64,000 nucleotides of DNA from Octopus sinensis. Lineage: Eukaryota. Shown here in pieces: positions 1 to 12,280 of the stretch. The translations under genes and the position numbers were made by a program. Every line of letters starts with the position of its first letter. Position 1 is the stretch's first letter. Location: positions 48,980,001 to 49,044,000 of the forward strand of contig NC_043012.1 of the NCBI RefSeq assembly GCF_006345805.1, in the 5' to 3' direction. Under the pieces are notes generated by a model that was given only the letters and a program-made list of their open reading frames with translations, did not search any database and was not told where the DNA came from.

Positions 1-16
1 GGAGAGCTGAATTAAT

Positions 17-298
17 GGCGTTCCTTCGTTGTTTCCGTGACAACTCGACAATTCACTTCGGATATCTTCGTGACCTCCGAAAATTTGCGGATTTTACATA
101 CACACATGAAGCAGGTAAGACCAAATATGCAAGGCTTTTTGCTGGCATAATTTCGTTATATCTATATTCCACAACAGACAAATACATAAAAACAGAACAC
201 ACACACTGTCACGAAGATATCCGAAGTGAATTGTCGAGTTGACACGGAAAAAACCGAGGTTTTGTTATGATTTTGTCGAGTTAAAACGAAGGAACGCA
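17..298. mobile_element. MITE with long subterminal inverted repeats and an 8-bp TSD (Merlin/hAT/P-like)
   Basis: GAATTAAT flanks both sides (9-16, 299-306). Termini are ggcgttccttcgtt and aacgaaggaacgca. Inner inverted arms 28-74 and 208-254 differ at 2 positions. Confidence 0.75.
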
Positions 299-307
299 GA
301 ATTAATA

Positions 308-445
308 ATTTCTAACGAAGGCACAGAGTAAGAAATTTGAGGATAGGGAGTCGATTATATCAACGCTATACTTAAAGTGTAGGATATTTTATCGCCTCCG
401 AAAGGATAAAAGGCAAAACTGGCCTCGGCGCTATTTGTACTGAAG
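308..445 (-). mobile_element. SINE-B, degenerate copy
   Basis: tttatcgcctccgaaaggataaaaggcaaaactggcctcggcg matches the reverse complement of the SINE-B body at 43383-43617. Confidence 0.6.
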
Positions 446-521
446 CTACAAATAGCCAGAACATAAACTGCAAATAATTCCGTCTGGTGTTCTTGAATTT
501 TTGGCAATGTAACTGTTATAA

Positions 522-940
522 CGTAGGCATGGCTACGTTAGTAATTTCGGGTTCAGTTCAAATCTTGGCTGTCTTCTACTTACTATAGCCTGCGTGCACC
601 GATTAATGCCTTGTAAGTAAAATTGGTTGGCGGAAATTGTGTTGAAACCCATTGTCAACATACATGCGTGCGTACTTATATACGTACGTACGTGCGTACA
701 AACATGCACGAACGTATGCATACATGTGTGTGTCTTTATGTATGTCTCCATCACCACTTTAGAACCAGCTTTGTTTGATTACGTCTCCGTAACTTAGCGC
801 TTTGATCTAGGAGTCCGATCAAATAAATACCAAAAATTGAAAATAAACGTTGGAGTCGGTTTGTTCGGCTAATCATTTCAAAGTGGTGCTCCAGCTCGGG
901 CGCAGTCGAGTGACTGAAACAAGTAAAAGATAAACGATAT
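522..940 (+). mobile_element. SINE-A, old degenerate copy
   Basis: Eroded head, CATA/TG linker, and tail ending gtggtgctccagc...tgactgaaacaagtaaaaga. Confidence 0.65.
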
Positions 941-1218
941 ACGATTAGGCTGCCTTTGAATATTGGTCTCCTCAAAAAACATTAACTTGGGATTAAGAAA
1001 ACAACAGCGCAGTTTCGAATGTCGAAAAATTTGACACCAAATTGCAAACATTCAATGTTTAAGGAAGTTACAGGCCTTCATGCATTTCTGACCGGTTAGC
1101 ATGCGTCTTCCACGAGTTTAGGACAAAACCCCACTAAGACAAAAACTCCCAATAAAAAAATTTTTTAAATCGGAAAAAAGCCCTTGAGGCCAAAAAAAAA
1201 AAAAAATATATATAACAA

Positions 1219-1614
1219 TAGGCGTAGCTTGCTTACCAACCACATGGTTCCGGGTTCAGTCCTACTGCGTGGCACCTTGGGCAAATGTCTTCTACTATAG
1301 CCTCGGGCCGACCAAAGCCTTGTGAGTGGATTTCGTAGACAGAAACTGAAAGAAGCCTGTCGTATATATGCATATATATATATATGTATATGTGTGTTTA
1401 TGTTTGTGTGTTTGTGTTTTTCCCTCCCACATCGCTTGACAACCGATGGTGGTGTGTTTACGTCCCCATAACTTAGCAGTTCGGCCAAAGCGAATCGATA
1501 GAATAAGTACTAGGCTTCCAAAGAATAAGTCCTGGGATCGATTTGCTCGACTAAAGGCGGTGCTCCAGCACGGCCACAGTCAAATGACTGAAACAAGTAA
1601 AAGAGTAAAGAGTA
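1219..1614 (+). mobile_element. SINE-A (tRNA-derived head, CORE-like block, internal microsatellite, LINE-derived tail)
   Basis: B box ggttcagtcc. CORE-like gtggcaccttgggcaaatgtc resembles the MIR core gtgaccttgggcaagtc. Tail ends gactgaaacaagtaaaagagt. It resembles described octopus tRNA SINEs (OK/OR types); the exact family name was not verified. Confidence 0.9.
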
Positions 1615-2248
1615 ACATGCAACATTAAACTTAAAATTAGTATTCTTATTATTTGTAGTTTACGAAATCTTCACAAAAATGAACATAATAAAAAGGACAT
1701 CATAAGGTATCTTTGAAATATTACCACAAATACAATATTGAAAACCTCATTAAATGAGGTTCATTTAAAGTTCATTTTGCTACAGCCTCATACTGCACCC
1801 TACGCCAATCAGAAATTCCTCCGTGGTCTTCTCATTCACTTAGTCCAGAGGGAGATTTTGTCCCTGCGGTGTTCTGTCAGGACCCCGTCTTCCATCCTGT
1901 AATCGATTTAGTTTCAACCCAAGATCTCAGATCAAAACACATGACAAGCCAGCACTCCTCCGCAATTTATGTTAAATTAGGTGTGAAGCTGAAGCAAGAC
2001 TTTGTCCATCCCAAATTTATGTTCTTTTAAGAACAAAGAAAGAAATCTTCAGAATTTGTGTTATTTTGATCACCGTTCACTTATTTTTCTGGCCAACACT
2101 GGATGTCACAGTAGGGATTCTATCAGGAATGTAAACTATATTTTTCTATATTTTGTGAAAAGTTGATTTCTTTGACCCTTAATACCCTTCATCCCAATAA
2201 ATGTTTTTTTCCTTATCTCTCTTTTCAGTTCCCCACTCTCTCAGTTTG

Positions 2249-2340
<92 letters not shown>
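2249..2340. repeat. (TCTA)n microsatellite
   Basis: Direct reading. Similar tracts at 15343-15430, 24683-24798 and 26601-26848. Confidence 0.95.
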
Positions 2341-2517
2341 CGTTAGCACGCCGGGCGAAATGCGTAGCCGTATTTCGTCTGCCGTTACGTTCTTAGTTCA
2401 AATTCCGCCGAGGTCGACTTTGCCTTTCATCCTTTCGGGGTCGATAAATTAAGTATCAGTTTGTCTGTCCTTGTTTGTTCCCTCTGTGTTTAGCCCCTTG
2501 TGGGTAGTAAAGAAATA
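2340..2517 (+). mobile_element. SINE-B, 5'-truncated with internal deletion
   Basis: gttcaaattccgccgaggtcgactttgcc...gccccttgtgggtagtaaagaaata, colinear with 43383-43617. Confidence 0.9.
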
Positions 2518-2521
2518 TATC

Positions 2522-3418
2522 GGTTAATATCTAGATCCGCACCCGGTGGAAAAAATGGAAACGCAAATGTGTAACAGTTGTAAGGCATCGTATATTGACG
2601 TAATAAGACGGAAAAAAAGGGCGCTGACGAACAGGGGTGGGGGAGGGGGGTCGGAAAATTCCCAGGACAACGTTAAAGAATTTGAAATAGAAGCGTGGTA
2701 GATTTGTTGAAAATAATCAGCAAATCTACCACGCATGTGGTAAGTACAGATTATATTTTCCCAATATTATTGATTGTCACAGAATAATTATCAATCGCAA
2801 CTTCAAAAATTCAAATTCCATTACTTCAGTTTTCACTTTTTGTTTGTAAAATAAAAAAATATATATATATAGACTAGCAGTATCGCCCGGCGTTGCTCGG
2901 GTTTGTAAGGGAAATAACTATAAAGCATTTTTAGCAAAAATATTGAAAAATATTGAAAATAGCAAAAAATTTGAAATTCTCGACCCCATGTCGAATTTAT
3001 CGATTTTTTTCAGAACTGGGGGAACTTTTCAAAATTTTCGCTGCGTTAGTTTTGAATTATGACATTGGGCTATGTGTGTGTCAAGTTTCATCAGAATCGG
3101 TTGAAAGCCGTGGTCAGGGTGAGGGTACAACCTGACAGACACACAGAAAAACTGCCGTTTATATATAGAGATTTTTAGAGAGTTAATTCCCTTATGCCAA
3201 CAATGCGTTTAAATGGTGAAAATTGATGGTAAATTTTTCTTTAAATCGTAGGCAATTTTCCGAGCGCCCCCCCCCCGTTTGTCAGCGCGCCCCCCCACCC
3301 CACCCCCGTTCGTCAGCGCCCTTTTTTTACGTCTTATTCCGTCAATATACGATGCCTTACAACTGTTACACATTTGCGTTTCCATTTTTTCCACCGGGTG
3401 CGGATCTAGATATTAACC
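2522..3418. mobile_element. Non-autonomous DNA transposon, ~120-bp TIRs, 8-bp TSD (Merlin-like)
   Basis: Ends are GGTTAATATCTAGATCC and GGATCTAGATATTAACC. TIRs 2522-2640 and 3299-3418 are near identical. AATATATC is duplicated at 2514-2521 and 3419-3426. Confidence 0.85.
2873..3172 (+). mobile_element. Helentron/HINE (DINE-1-like) non-autonomous element, nested
   Basis: Starts actagcagtatcgcccggcgttgctcggg (cccg/cggg hairpin), contains aagtttcatcagaatcggttg, and ends gacagacacacag...tttatatatagagat. This is the usual HINE motif order, recognised from memory. Confidence 0.5.
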
Positions 3419-3975
3419 AATATATCTATCAATCTCTCACTCCTTACTCACTCACTCTCTCAGTGAGTCACTCACTCACTCACTCACACACTCTTCCTCT
3501 GTGTGTGCGTGTGTGTATTACTAATGTTCTCTATGCATATACGTGTGGGAGGTGTATGTATAAGCGTATATAAATATATATATATACGTGTGAGTGTGTG
3601 TGTATGTTTGCGTGTGTGTGTGTGTGTATATGTACATGCATATATGCTTATATGTATATATACCCTCGACACTAAATTTTCTGTCTTTGTACTTTACTCA
3701 GTTACTATTAAAATATCCATATACTTATACTTAAACATTCATCGTCTGCAAATTGTTAGTCTTTGCTTTCTCTCTATTTACATATATTCATTCATACATA
3801 TTTTGTATAGCAAACCCAAACAGTTCTATTGGTTTATTTTTTATATCTATCTCCACAAACATACATGAATACCTAAGCATATATATAGCAGAGGTTCTCA
3901 AAATTTTGGGGCCACCCCCACCCCTCATTGTCACATAATACTCTTAGCGCCCCCATTACTATTTTTATGTATACC

Positions 3976-4290
3976 CTCTTTTACTTGTTTCAGTCATTTG
4001 ACTGCTGCTATGATGGAGCACCGCCTTCAGTCGAGCAAATCGACCCCAGGACTTACTCTTTGGAAGTCTAGTACTTATTCCATCGCTCTCTTTTGCCGAA
4101 CGGCTAATTTACGGGGACGCAAACACACCACCACAGGTTTCCGAGCAAAGTTGGGGGACAAACACAGAAACACAAACATATACACACACATTCATATATA
4201 TACACACACATTCATATATATCTATATCTATATATCCATATATACGATAGGCTTCTTTCAGTTTCTGACTACCAAATCCACTCACAGGGC
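3976..4290 (-). mobile_element. SINE-A, head-truncated
   Basis: Reverse complement of the tail, linker and part of the CORE region. Confidence 0.9.
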
Positions 4291-4305
4291 TGAATGGCAC
4301 TGATT

Positions 4306-4415
4306 GGCACCTTGGGCAAGTGTCGTCTACTATAGCCTCCGGCCGACAAAAGCCTTGTGAGTGTATTTGGTAGACGGAAACTGAGAGAAACCCGTCGTGT
4401 ATATATGTGTATATA

Positions 4416-4468
<53 letters not shown>

Positions 4469-4698
4469 GTATATATATGTATATATGTATGTATGTTTGT
4501 GCATCTGTGTTTTGTCCCCCTCAACATCGCTTGACAACCGATACTGGTGTGTTTACGTCCCCGTAACCTAGCGGTTCGGAACAAGAGACCGATAGAATAA
4601 GTACTAAGCTTACAAAGAATAAGTCCTGGGGTCGATTTGCTCGACTAAAGGCGGTGCTCCAGCATGGCCACAGTCAAATGACAGAAACAAGTAAAAGA

Positions 4699-4700
<2 letters not shown>
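4306..4700 (+). mobile_element. SINE-A, 5'-truncated
   Basis: ggcaccttgggcaagtgtc...gacagaaacaagtaaaagagt. Lies head-to-head with 3976-4290. Confidence 0.9.
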
Positions 4701-4768
<68 letters not shown>

Positions 4769-4769
4769 C

Positions 4770-4925
4770 CGGAGTAAACACATAAATGTGAAACAAGGTG
4801 GAAAAAAAGAGTACTCAAATACCATTTAAAGCAGCAGAAAATTCTACAAAACGTGTTACTCTGAGTTTCTCGTTGCCGTTCAGCGGACAGTGTTTGCTAG
4901 CAAAAACTGCTTTAAATAACGTGTA
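4770..4925 (-). mobile_element. Short (TA)n-embedded element with a degenerate HHR-like motif (4853-4891)
   Basis: Minus strand reads ctgt CCGCUGA a cg-gcaa-cg a GAAA CUCAGAG UA acac. Flanked by TA tracts, with a small inverted segment (tttaaagcag / ctgctttaaa). Confidence 0.4.
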
Positions 4926-5133
4926 TATATATATATGTTTATATATATGTTCGAAACGATTAATACGGAAGACATTGTGCTGGAAGCTTTATTTAGTGTA
5001 TGTATATATAAAATACTGAGCTAATTTAGCCGGATCATTGTAGGATTGTTCTGGACTTAATATATCTTATTGAAAGTACAATTTAAAATCCTCATGGTCA
5101 TCCTCAGAAGAAGCAGCAGCAACTCTGCCGCCG

Positions 5134-5141
5134 TCACCACC

Positions 5142-5173
<32 letters not shown>

Positions 5174-5225
5174 AAGCAACAACAGTAACAACAATGACTG
5201 CTGCTGCTGCTACTACTACTACTAG

Positions 5226-5287
<62 letters not shown>

Positions 5288-5310
5288 TTACTTCTATTAC
5301 TACTATTACT
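5134..5310. repeat. Compound trinucleotide microsatellite (CAC/AAC/GCT/ACT)
   Basis: Direct reading. Similar compound tracts at 12066-12150, 18660-18805 and 29300-29800. Confidence 0.9.
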
Positions 5311-5926
5311 ACAGAAGCAACACCACCAATAAATGCAGCAATAATGCAATTATAACAAACCCGTAAATTTCGCGCGATGGAAATTGTAAGGAATACTTTC
5401 ACATCAGCCAGTCTCTCTAACATCCATCTTTGTGTGTGTGTATGTGTGTACGTATATATATATATATACACACATATGCATATATATATACATATATATG
5501 TGTGTGTGCACATATATATATACATATATATATACATACATTCATACAAACACACACACACATATATATATATGCACATACATATATCTACGTACGTGAG
5601 CTTGTGTGAGAGAGTCAGGCAATTCAATATTGTTGGCAGTTGTGTGATTGATAAGCATTTCGTTGGCAAACAATGTGAAGATTCTACAATCACAATCGCA
5701 AAAGCATGGACAACAATATCTTCAACAGCGGCGCAGCATCAAGCATCAACAATCGCAATAATCACGGCAGCCGCAGCAAAACACTACTTTATTATCGCTT
5801 CAACTTCCATTCATTGTTGGTAAGCTGTTGTTCATGTATAAGTGAGTACACGTGACCCTTTTGGGTTCGGATGAGATTGAGTGATTAAAATGTATGCACA
5901 GTAAATTGGTTACACTTCTTTCTACA

Positions 5927-6088
5927 ACATAGGCGTGGTTGCATGGCATGAAGTTTGCTTCCTATCCACATGGTTCCGGGTTCAGTCCCACTGCGTGGCA
6001 CCTTGGGCAAGTGTCTTCTACTATAACCTCGGGTTGACCAGAGCCTTGTGAATGGATTCGGAAGACGAAAACTGAAAGAAACCCGCCG
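5927..6088 (+). mobile_element. SINE-A head only
   Basis: tRNA-like head plus CORE-like block; no tail. Confidence 0.85.
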
Positions 6089-6491
6089 GTTTAATAGGGT
6101 TTTCAATATTGTTTTGTGTCTTAATCTTTCAAAGACAAGGTATCTTTTTAAATATGATTTCTTTTTGTCTTTTCGCCCAAGTGGGGTTTCGTCCTCAGAG
6201 AATTTTTCCTATGGTGTTTTTGTCTACGTGATTCTCTGTCCAATGGGAGTTTTGTCTTACTCTCAAATATTGGAAACCTTAAAATCATTCAAACTAATTA
6301 CTCATGTAAACAATTATCTGTTAATGACCATAACTTACTACACACAAAACACATTGCATCTTAAAAAAACTCCTGTATTTATTTAATTCTTAAAAATCAG
6401 CATCTTAACGAGTTGGACTTAATTCTTAAACTCTTGTCGTTACATTATAATTTAGTATTTTCTAAATCTTTTTCTTTTCTTTTTTTTTTCC

Positions 6492-6915
6492 CTTGGTTCA
6501 GTCATTAGACTGAGGCCATGCTGGGGCACCACCTTGAAAAATTTTAGTTGAACGAATCGACTCCAGTACTTATTTTCTTTATCTTTTAAAGTTTGGCACT
6601 TATTCTATTGGTCTTTTTTGCCGAACCTCAAGATCATGGGAACACTCTAACACCGGTTGTCAACCGATGTGGGGGGGGGGAGATAAACACAGACACAAAG
6701 ACACACACAAATATATGCATACAGTCTCCCTCTCCCACACACACAGACATACACCTACCCGTACGACGGACATCTATCAGTCTCCATCTACTAAATTCAC
6801 TCACAAGGCTTTGGCCGACCTGAAGCTATAATACAAGTCACTTGTCTAAGGTTTCACGCTATGGAACTGAACCCGGAACCATGTAGTCGGGAAGCAAACT
6901 TCTTACCACACAGCC
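6492..6915 (-). mobile_element. SINE-A
   Basis: Full head-linker-tail order on the minus strand. Confidence 0.85.
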
Positions 6916-7812
6916 TTTTCTACATATTAACGCCACTCTTCACATTATATTACATTTCATAGCATACCAATAAATTTAGTGTTTCCGCAGTGGTAGCACA
7001 AATTTCCACCGTACATGTCAACTTGTCCTCCACCTTATCCTCTATTAACAATTTTCCACTAATAGGAAGACCTTTATTGCCATTCATGTCTTATATATAT
7101 TCCTTCCTACTTTATTTTAAATAGATTCCTTACATAGCTTTATACATCTCTGTCTAACTACCAGTTTAGAACTATTTGTTATAATCTATGTGAATACCAT
7201 TGATATCGAATGCCAAATGTACTATTACATACCAATACAAAACCCCGATACAGTTTCTTAGACTTAGCAGCTACTGTTACAACTGTCCACCCACTAATTT
7301 CCTTTTTTTACATTTAACTATCTCTAATACACGGAATGCTTTTTATTGTTATCTTTTTTTTTACTAGAAAAACGATTCTTTCTGACAAACACGTTTCTGA
7401 AAATAACCACTCACTTGGATTAATTATATGTACAAAATTAAGCTTGCAAAATACATTTACTAAGTGCATTATCCTCTCTTCCAACAGCTTTAATCCATTA
7501 ATTTATCCTGTCAATTCAACGTAGATTACACAGCAAAATAATATTTGATTTAACAGACATGACGCTCTCACCTCGAATTAAAAATTTTTTTTTATCAGAT
7601 TCGGAAATTTTTGCAAGCTCCATACAGATTTCATCATAACTCCATGGCTCTCTTCAAAAGAAAAATGTTTTTGCAAACAAAATATATGTTATATAATTAT
7701 TATTACTTCTTTCTGTATAATTTTGCTTATTACCGATTCTATCCTATATTTTAGCTGACACTTTCCGATCAATATACTTTTAGCTCTTCCTCCAAAGTGT
7801 ATATGTAATGTT

Positions 7813-7903
<91 letters not shown>

Positions 7904-8587
7904 CTTATATATGTGTGTGCGTGTGTATAATATAATATATGATATATATAATTTTTATGTGTATATGTGTGTGTATATGTTCCATTATATTTCGACCTTT
8001 AGATACATGGAATCTTCTACAATTTAGATAAACCGATCATTTTTGCTCCCTAAATCTGATGCAAGGGTATATTTGTTAGCGCCACAATTTTCTTACACTA
8101 TAATTCTTTCCAATAAACAAGTTCTATGCAATACCCATTTTCCCATTAATATTTTTAGTTATTTTAATATTCGTTTTCTTTCCTTCCCAAATATAACCCT
8201 TCATATACGGTGAAATCTTTAGAATTACAACTAATGCATTTAGCTAGCTGAAAAAAATCACGCCATGGGTAGCACGTTATATTTTAAATCTAAAATATTC
8301 TAAACAGAATAATTCCACATAACTTAATACCTGCTGTGCATGTACTCCCGGTTTTGCTACGTTTTATTTTTTTTCTCAAACCCTCCTCATACCCGATGTT
8401 CGAAACATTTTATTAAGAAACCCCTCTTCCTTCCTGCAAAACACCAGCTTTCAGATAAACCCGTTAATCATCCGCGCACGAATTCCAGAGTTTGACAACT
8501 GATCAAATGAGCAATTTATTTATTTAAGTATAAGCAAATGTATGTATGTATCTCTTTCTCTATACGCATACATACTTGTACGTGTGA

Positions 8588-8677
<90 letters not shown>

Positions 8678-9290
8678 GTATGTATGTATGTATGTATGTA
8701 CGTATGTATGTATACTCAACATATTTGGTAAGAGTTGAATGTATTATTATTTAGTATTAACTATTCGATTCCGCTCCATAAAACTTAAAGTTTCCTAGGC
8801 TTGTAATACGAATGTAGTCGAAGCAAAGTGTTATGAATGCATAAATTTTGCAAATCCTCCTTAACGTGGCCAAAATGTGACGAAGCCCAATTCGCTGGTA
8901 TTTTAGTTTCTTATTAAAAGGATCTGATACAAGTTGAGGGTACTATAAGAAGCACTCAACTTGCTATATAGTTGCTGCTAGCTTAGTATCTAACGCCACT
9001 CTGACCACTTGGAAATTCTCTTCCAAAACTATACCTAACCACTCCACGAGTATGAACAGATATACACCAAATGCACATGTATGAGTAGTCGCTTCAAATC
9101 ACGATGGTCAGAGGATTGAAGAAAATACTAACATACATACATAAAAGCACTCACACACACACACACACATCATGGTTGTTTGCTCGTTAGACGATCATGA
9201 CCATCGCTGGCAGAGTGTCAGCAATGCCTGTGCAAGAGTTATAAATCGAATGTGGGTTGTTCAGCACCAGAACGATTCTCACTAGAAATA

Positions 9291-9375
9291 TCCTTTTCTA
9301 CTCTAGGCACAAGGCTCGAAATTTTGGCGGGAGGGGGCCAGTCGATTAGATCGATCGACCCCAGTACGCAACTGG

Positions 9376-9376
<1 letters not shown>
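9291..9376 (-). mobile_element. SINE-B 3' fragment (alternative tail)
   Basis: tttctactctaggcacaaggctcgaaattttgg...gaccccagtacgcaactgg. Confidence 0.7.
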
Positions 9377-9410
<34 letters not shown>

Positions 9411-9482
9411 CATCCATCCATTCATCCATACATACATAAATACATACATACATACATATATGTATATATATATATATAATAT

Positions 9483-9551
<69 letters not shown>

Positions 9552-9714
9552 ATATACGTACACACTCCCACACATACAAATGCACACTTACACACACACA
9601 CACACATACACACACACCACAGTATTACATGCCATGCCCTAAGATGGAAACCTGACCATGACATAAAATTAAAAATTGGAAGATGATGAAGGAACGTGAA
9701 GGAACAAGAGTAGT

Positions 9715-9898
9715 AATATTGGTTTCAAAGTTTGGTACAAGGCCTGCAACTTCGGAGGAGGAGGAAAGTCGACTGCATCGACCTAAGTCTTCAACTGGTT
9801 TTTACCGACCCTGCAATGATTTAAGGCAAAGTCGTCGGAAGAAATACCGCTAAACACTTTGTCCGGCGCAGTAACGATTCCATTAGCTCGCCGCCTAA
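9715..9898 (-). mobile_element. SINE-B
   Basis: Ends ...cattagctcgccgcctaa, the reverse complement of the head. Confidence 0.75.
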
Positions 9899-9949
9899 AC
9901 AAGAACCTACTTCTGAGAAGAGTGGTTGATGGCTATAAATGAAAATGAT

Positions 9950-10083
9950 ACATTCAGTCATATCACCAGTGCCTTCATCGAGCGGCCCCGCGTAAAGCAG
10001 ATATCAGTTCACACACCTCAGCACATCAGCGTCGGTTGTCAAGCAATGTTGGGGGGACAATCACAGACACACATACACACACG

Positions 10084-10121
<38 letters not shown>

Positions 10122-10240
10122 CCATATCCACTCACAGGGCTAGTAGAAGACACTAGCCCAAGGTGCCGCGCAGTGGGACTGAACCCGGAACCATGTGGTT
10201 CGTAAGTAAGCTACTTACCACACAGCCACTCCTGCGCCTG
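9950..10240 (-). mobile_element. SINE-A with internal deletions
   Basis: Intact head cacagccactcctgcgcct (reverse complement) plus a partial tail. Confidence 0.8.
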
Positions 10241-11055
10241 TTGTTTTTAATCTTTCTAAGACATGACATCTCTTGAACTCATGATCTACGTGTCACTAAC
10301 AGGCAATCCTACATCACTGACTGGGGATATTCAAAACAATACAGGCCTGATAGTACTTTTAAGAAACTCGCTTCACAGTTATACGGTTTGTTTTTCAGTT
10401 TCACTCAACGGCTCCTTCGGATCGAGTTGAACAAAATATACTTTATGGACAAAATATTCTTATGGACAAACTATTCAGTATTGAAACCCATCGGATGCTG
10501 TATTCCTATACGTCAAGAGGAGATGTAATCGATCACACAGTTTAACGGGGTGCTTACAAAACCCCCAGAACAAGCCCTCCCCACCCCAGTAAAAACCTTC
10601 CTCTGGACTATGTCAATAAGAAGACAATGGAGGAATCTCTGAATGGTGTAGGGCACAGCATCTGGTTGTAGAAAATGAGCTTTAAATGAACCTCAACATC
10701 TAATGAGGTGCTTAACATTGTTTTAATGTTTGAAAGATGTTCTTTTCCTTCTGCTCTTAACTGATGATTTGGGTTATTATAGAATTAATGTAATATTTTA
10801 GATCTCTGAGAAGTCTTTTACATTTTTAATTGTTTCAGTCACTTTTGACTGTGGCCATGCTGGAGCAACGCCTTTTAGTCGAAGATATTGACCCCTGGAC
10901 TCATTCTTTGTAAGCCCGGTACTTATTCTGTCGGGTTTCTTTTAGCCGGACCGCTAAGTTACTGGAACGTAAACACACCAACATTGGTTGTCAAACGATG
11001 GCGGCGGGAACAAATACAGATACAAACACACAAATATATATACATGTACATACAT

Positions 11056-11110
<55 letters not shown>

Positions 11111-11308
11111 GGGAGAATTCACAAAAAAATAAAAGACAGGCGGCGTAGACAACAAACAGATGTATTAGTTTAACGCTCGGGAAGTGAAAAAGTCTTTAAC
11201 GTTTCGAGCGGAGCTCTTCGTCAGAAACATAGGAAAAGGAAACATAGGAAAGGAAGACGGAGGAAAAAAAATTGCCAACGATTCACACGCGGTCACATAT
11301 TGAATGAC

Positions 11309-11314
<6 letters not shown>
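11111..11314 (-). mobile_element. Short (TA)n-flanked HHR-bearing element (family D; Penelope pLTR-like)
   Basis: Shares caatatgtgaccgcgtgtg...ctgacgaagagctccgctcgaaa with 16947-17160, and 3' flanks with 33245-33450 and 35750-35925. Confidence 0.75.
11193..11229 (-). ncRNA. Minimal type I hammerhead ribozyme motif
   Basis: uuu CUGACGA a GAGC-ucc-GCUC GAAA CG UU aaa. Canonical core, self-complementary ACGU stem III, 3-bp stem I. Confidence 0.7.
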
Positions 11315-11374
<60 letters not shown>

Positions 11375-12072
11375 ATGACGGGTTCCCTTCAGTTTCCGTC
11401 TACAAAATCCACTCACAAGATTGTTTGTCGGCCCGAGGCTATCGTAGAAGACACTTGCCCAAGATGCCGCGCGGTGGGACTGAACCCCAAACCATCTGGT
11501 TGGGAAGCGGTTCAAAAAGTATAAATAATAAGAATAAAATTTATGATTTAAAATTGCTTGTCTTTTTTTCCCGTGGAGTTTCGTTTTTTTTTTCTTTTTC
11601 GACGGGTTTGTCCTAGAGTAGTGTTGTCCTACACTCCTGTTTAACATACCCATTTGGGTCTTGAGTGCATCCCAGATCTTTTCCCTTTCGCCTGTCACAA
11701 AGGCATTGAAAAGGGTCATGAATCTTGCCCTTTCCCTACTAAGCCATCAAAGATAAAACAAAAATAAAACAATGATAAAACTACGAGCAACCACAAAAAA
11801 AAAAAAAGAAAATGCAAAACAATAAAAGCAAAAACCAACGAATAAATAACTAAAAAAAAAAGTAAGCCGATAGCAGCAACGGCACAAATATCATCATCAG
11901 CAGCATGATATCTTGAGTGACATGGACAGTAGCAACACTCTACATCGGTAACAATAACATTCACAGCAACCCTGAAGGAGAACAGCAGCAACAACAACAA
12001 CAAGTCAGTCAGTAGTACTGAAATAAACAGTTGTATCATTATCATCATCATCAGCGGCGACAATACTACTAT

Positions 12073-12149
<77 letters not shown>

Positions 12150-12280
12150 AACCTCTTCAAATACCATCACAACGAGTGACAGTAGCAACAAACATGCCAA
12201 CGAAAGAACTACTATGTCGTCACTCGATCTGCTAAAAATAGCAGCCACATTTCTCTCAAATAACCCCCGCCTCATTACTA

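Larger units (their letters stand above)
10824..11508 (-). mobile_element. SINE-A interrupted in its TA linker by an HHR-bearing element
   Basis: Tail at 10824-11030 and head at ~11375-11508, separated by 11111-11314. Confidence 0.85.

Noticed and set aside
5067-5693. 208-aa minus ORF and overlapping low-complexity ORFs
   Set aside because: Translations of trinucleotide and TA/TG microsatellites (poly-V, poly-S, YI repeats). The same applies to most ORFs in the track.
6165-6205. Minus-strand CTGAGGA...GAAA
   Set aside because: No stem III or UH triplet and no stem I. The surroundings look like gggxttttgtc DNA-transposon subterminal repeats.
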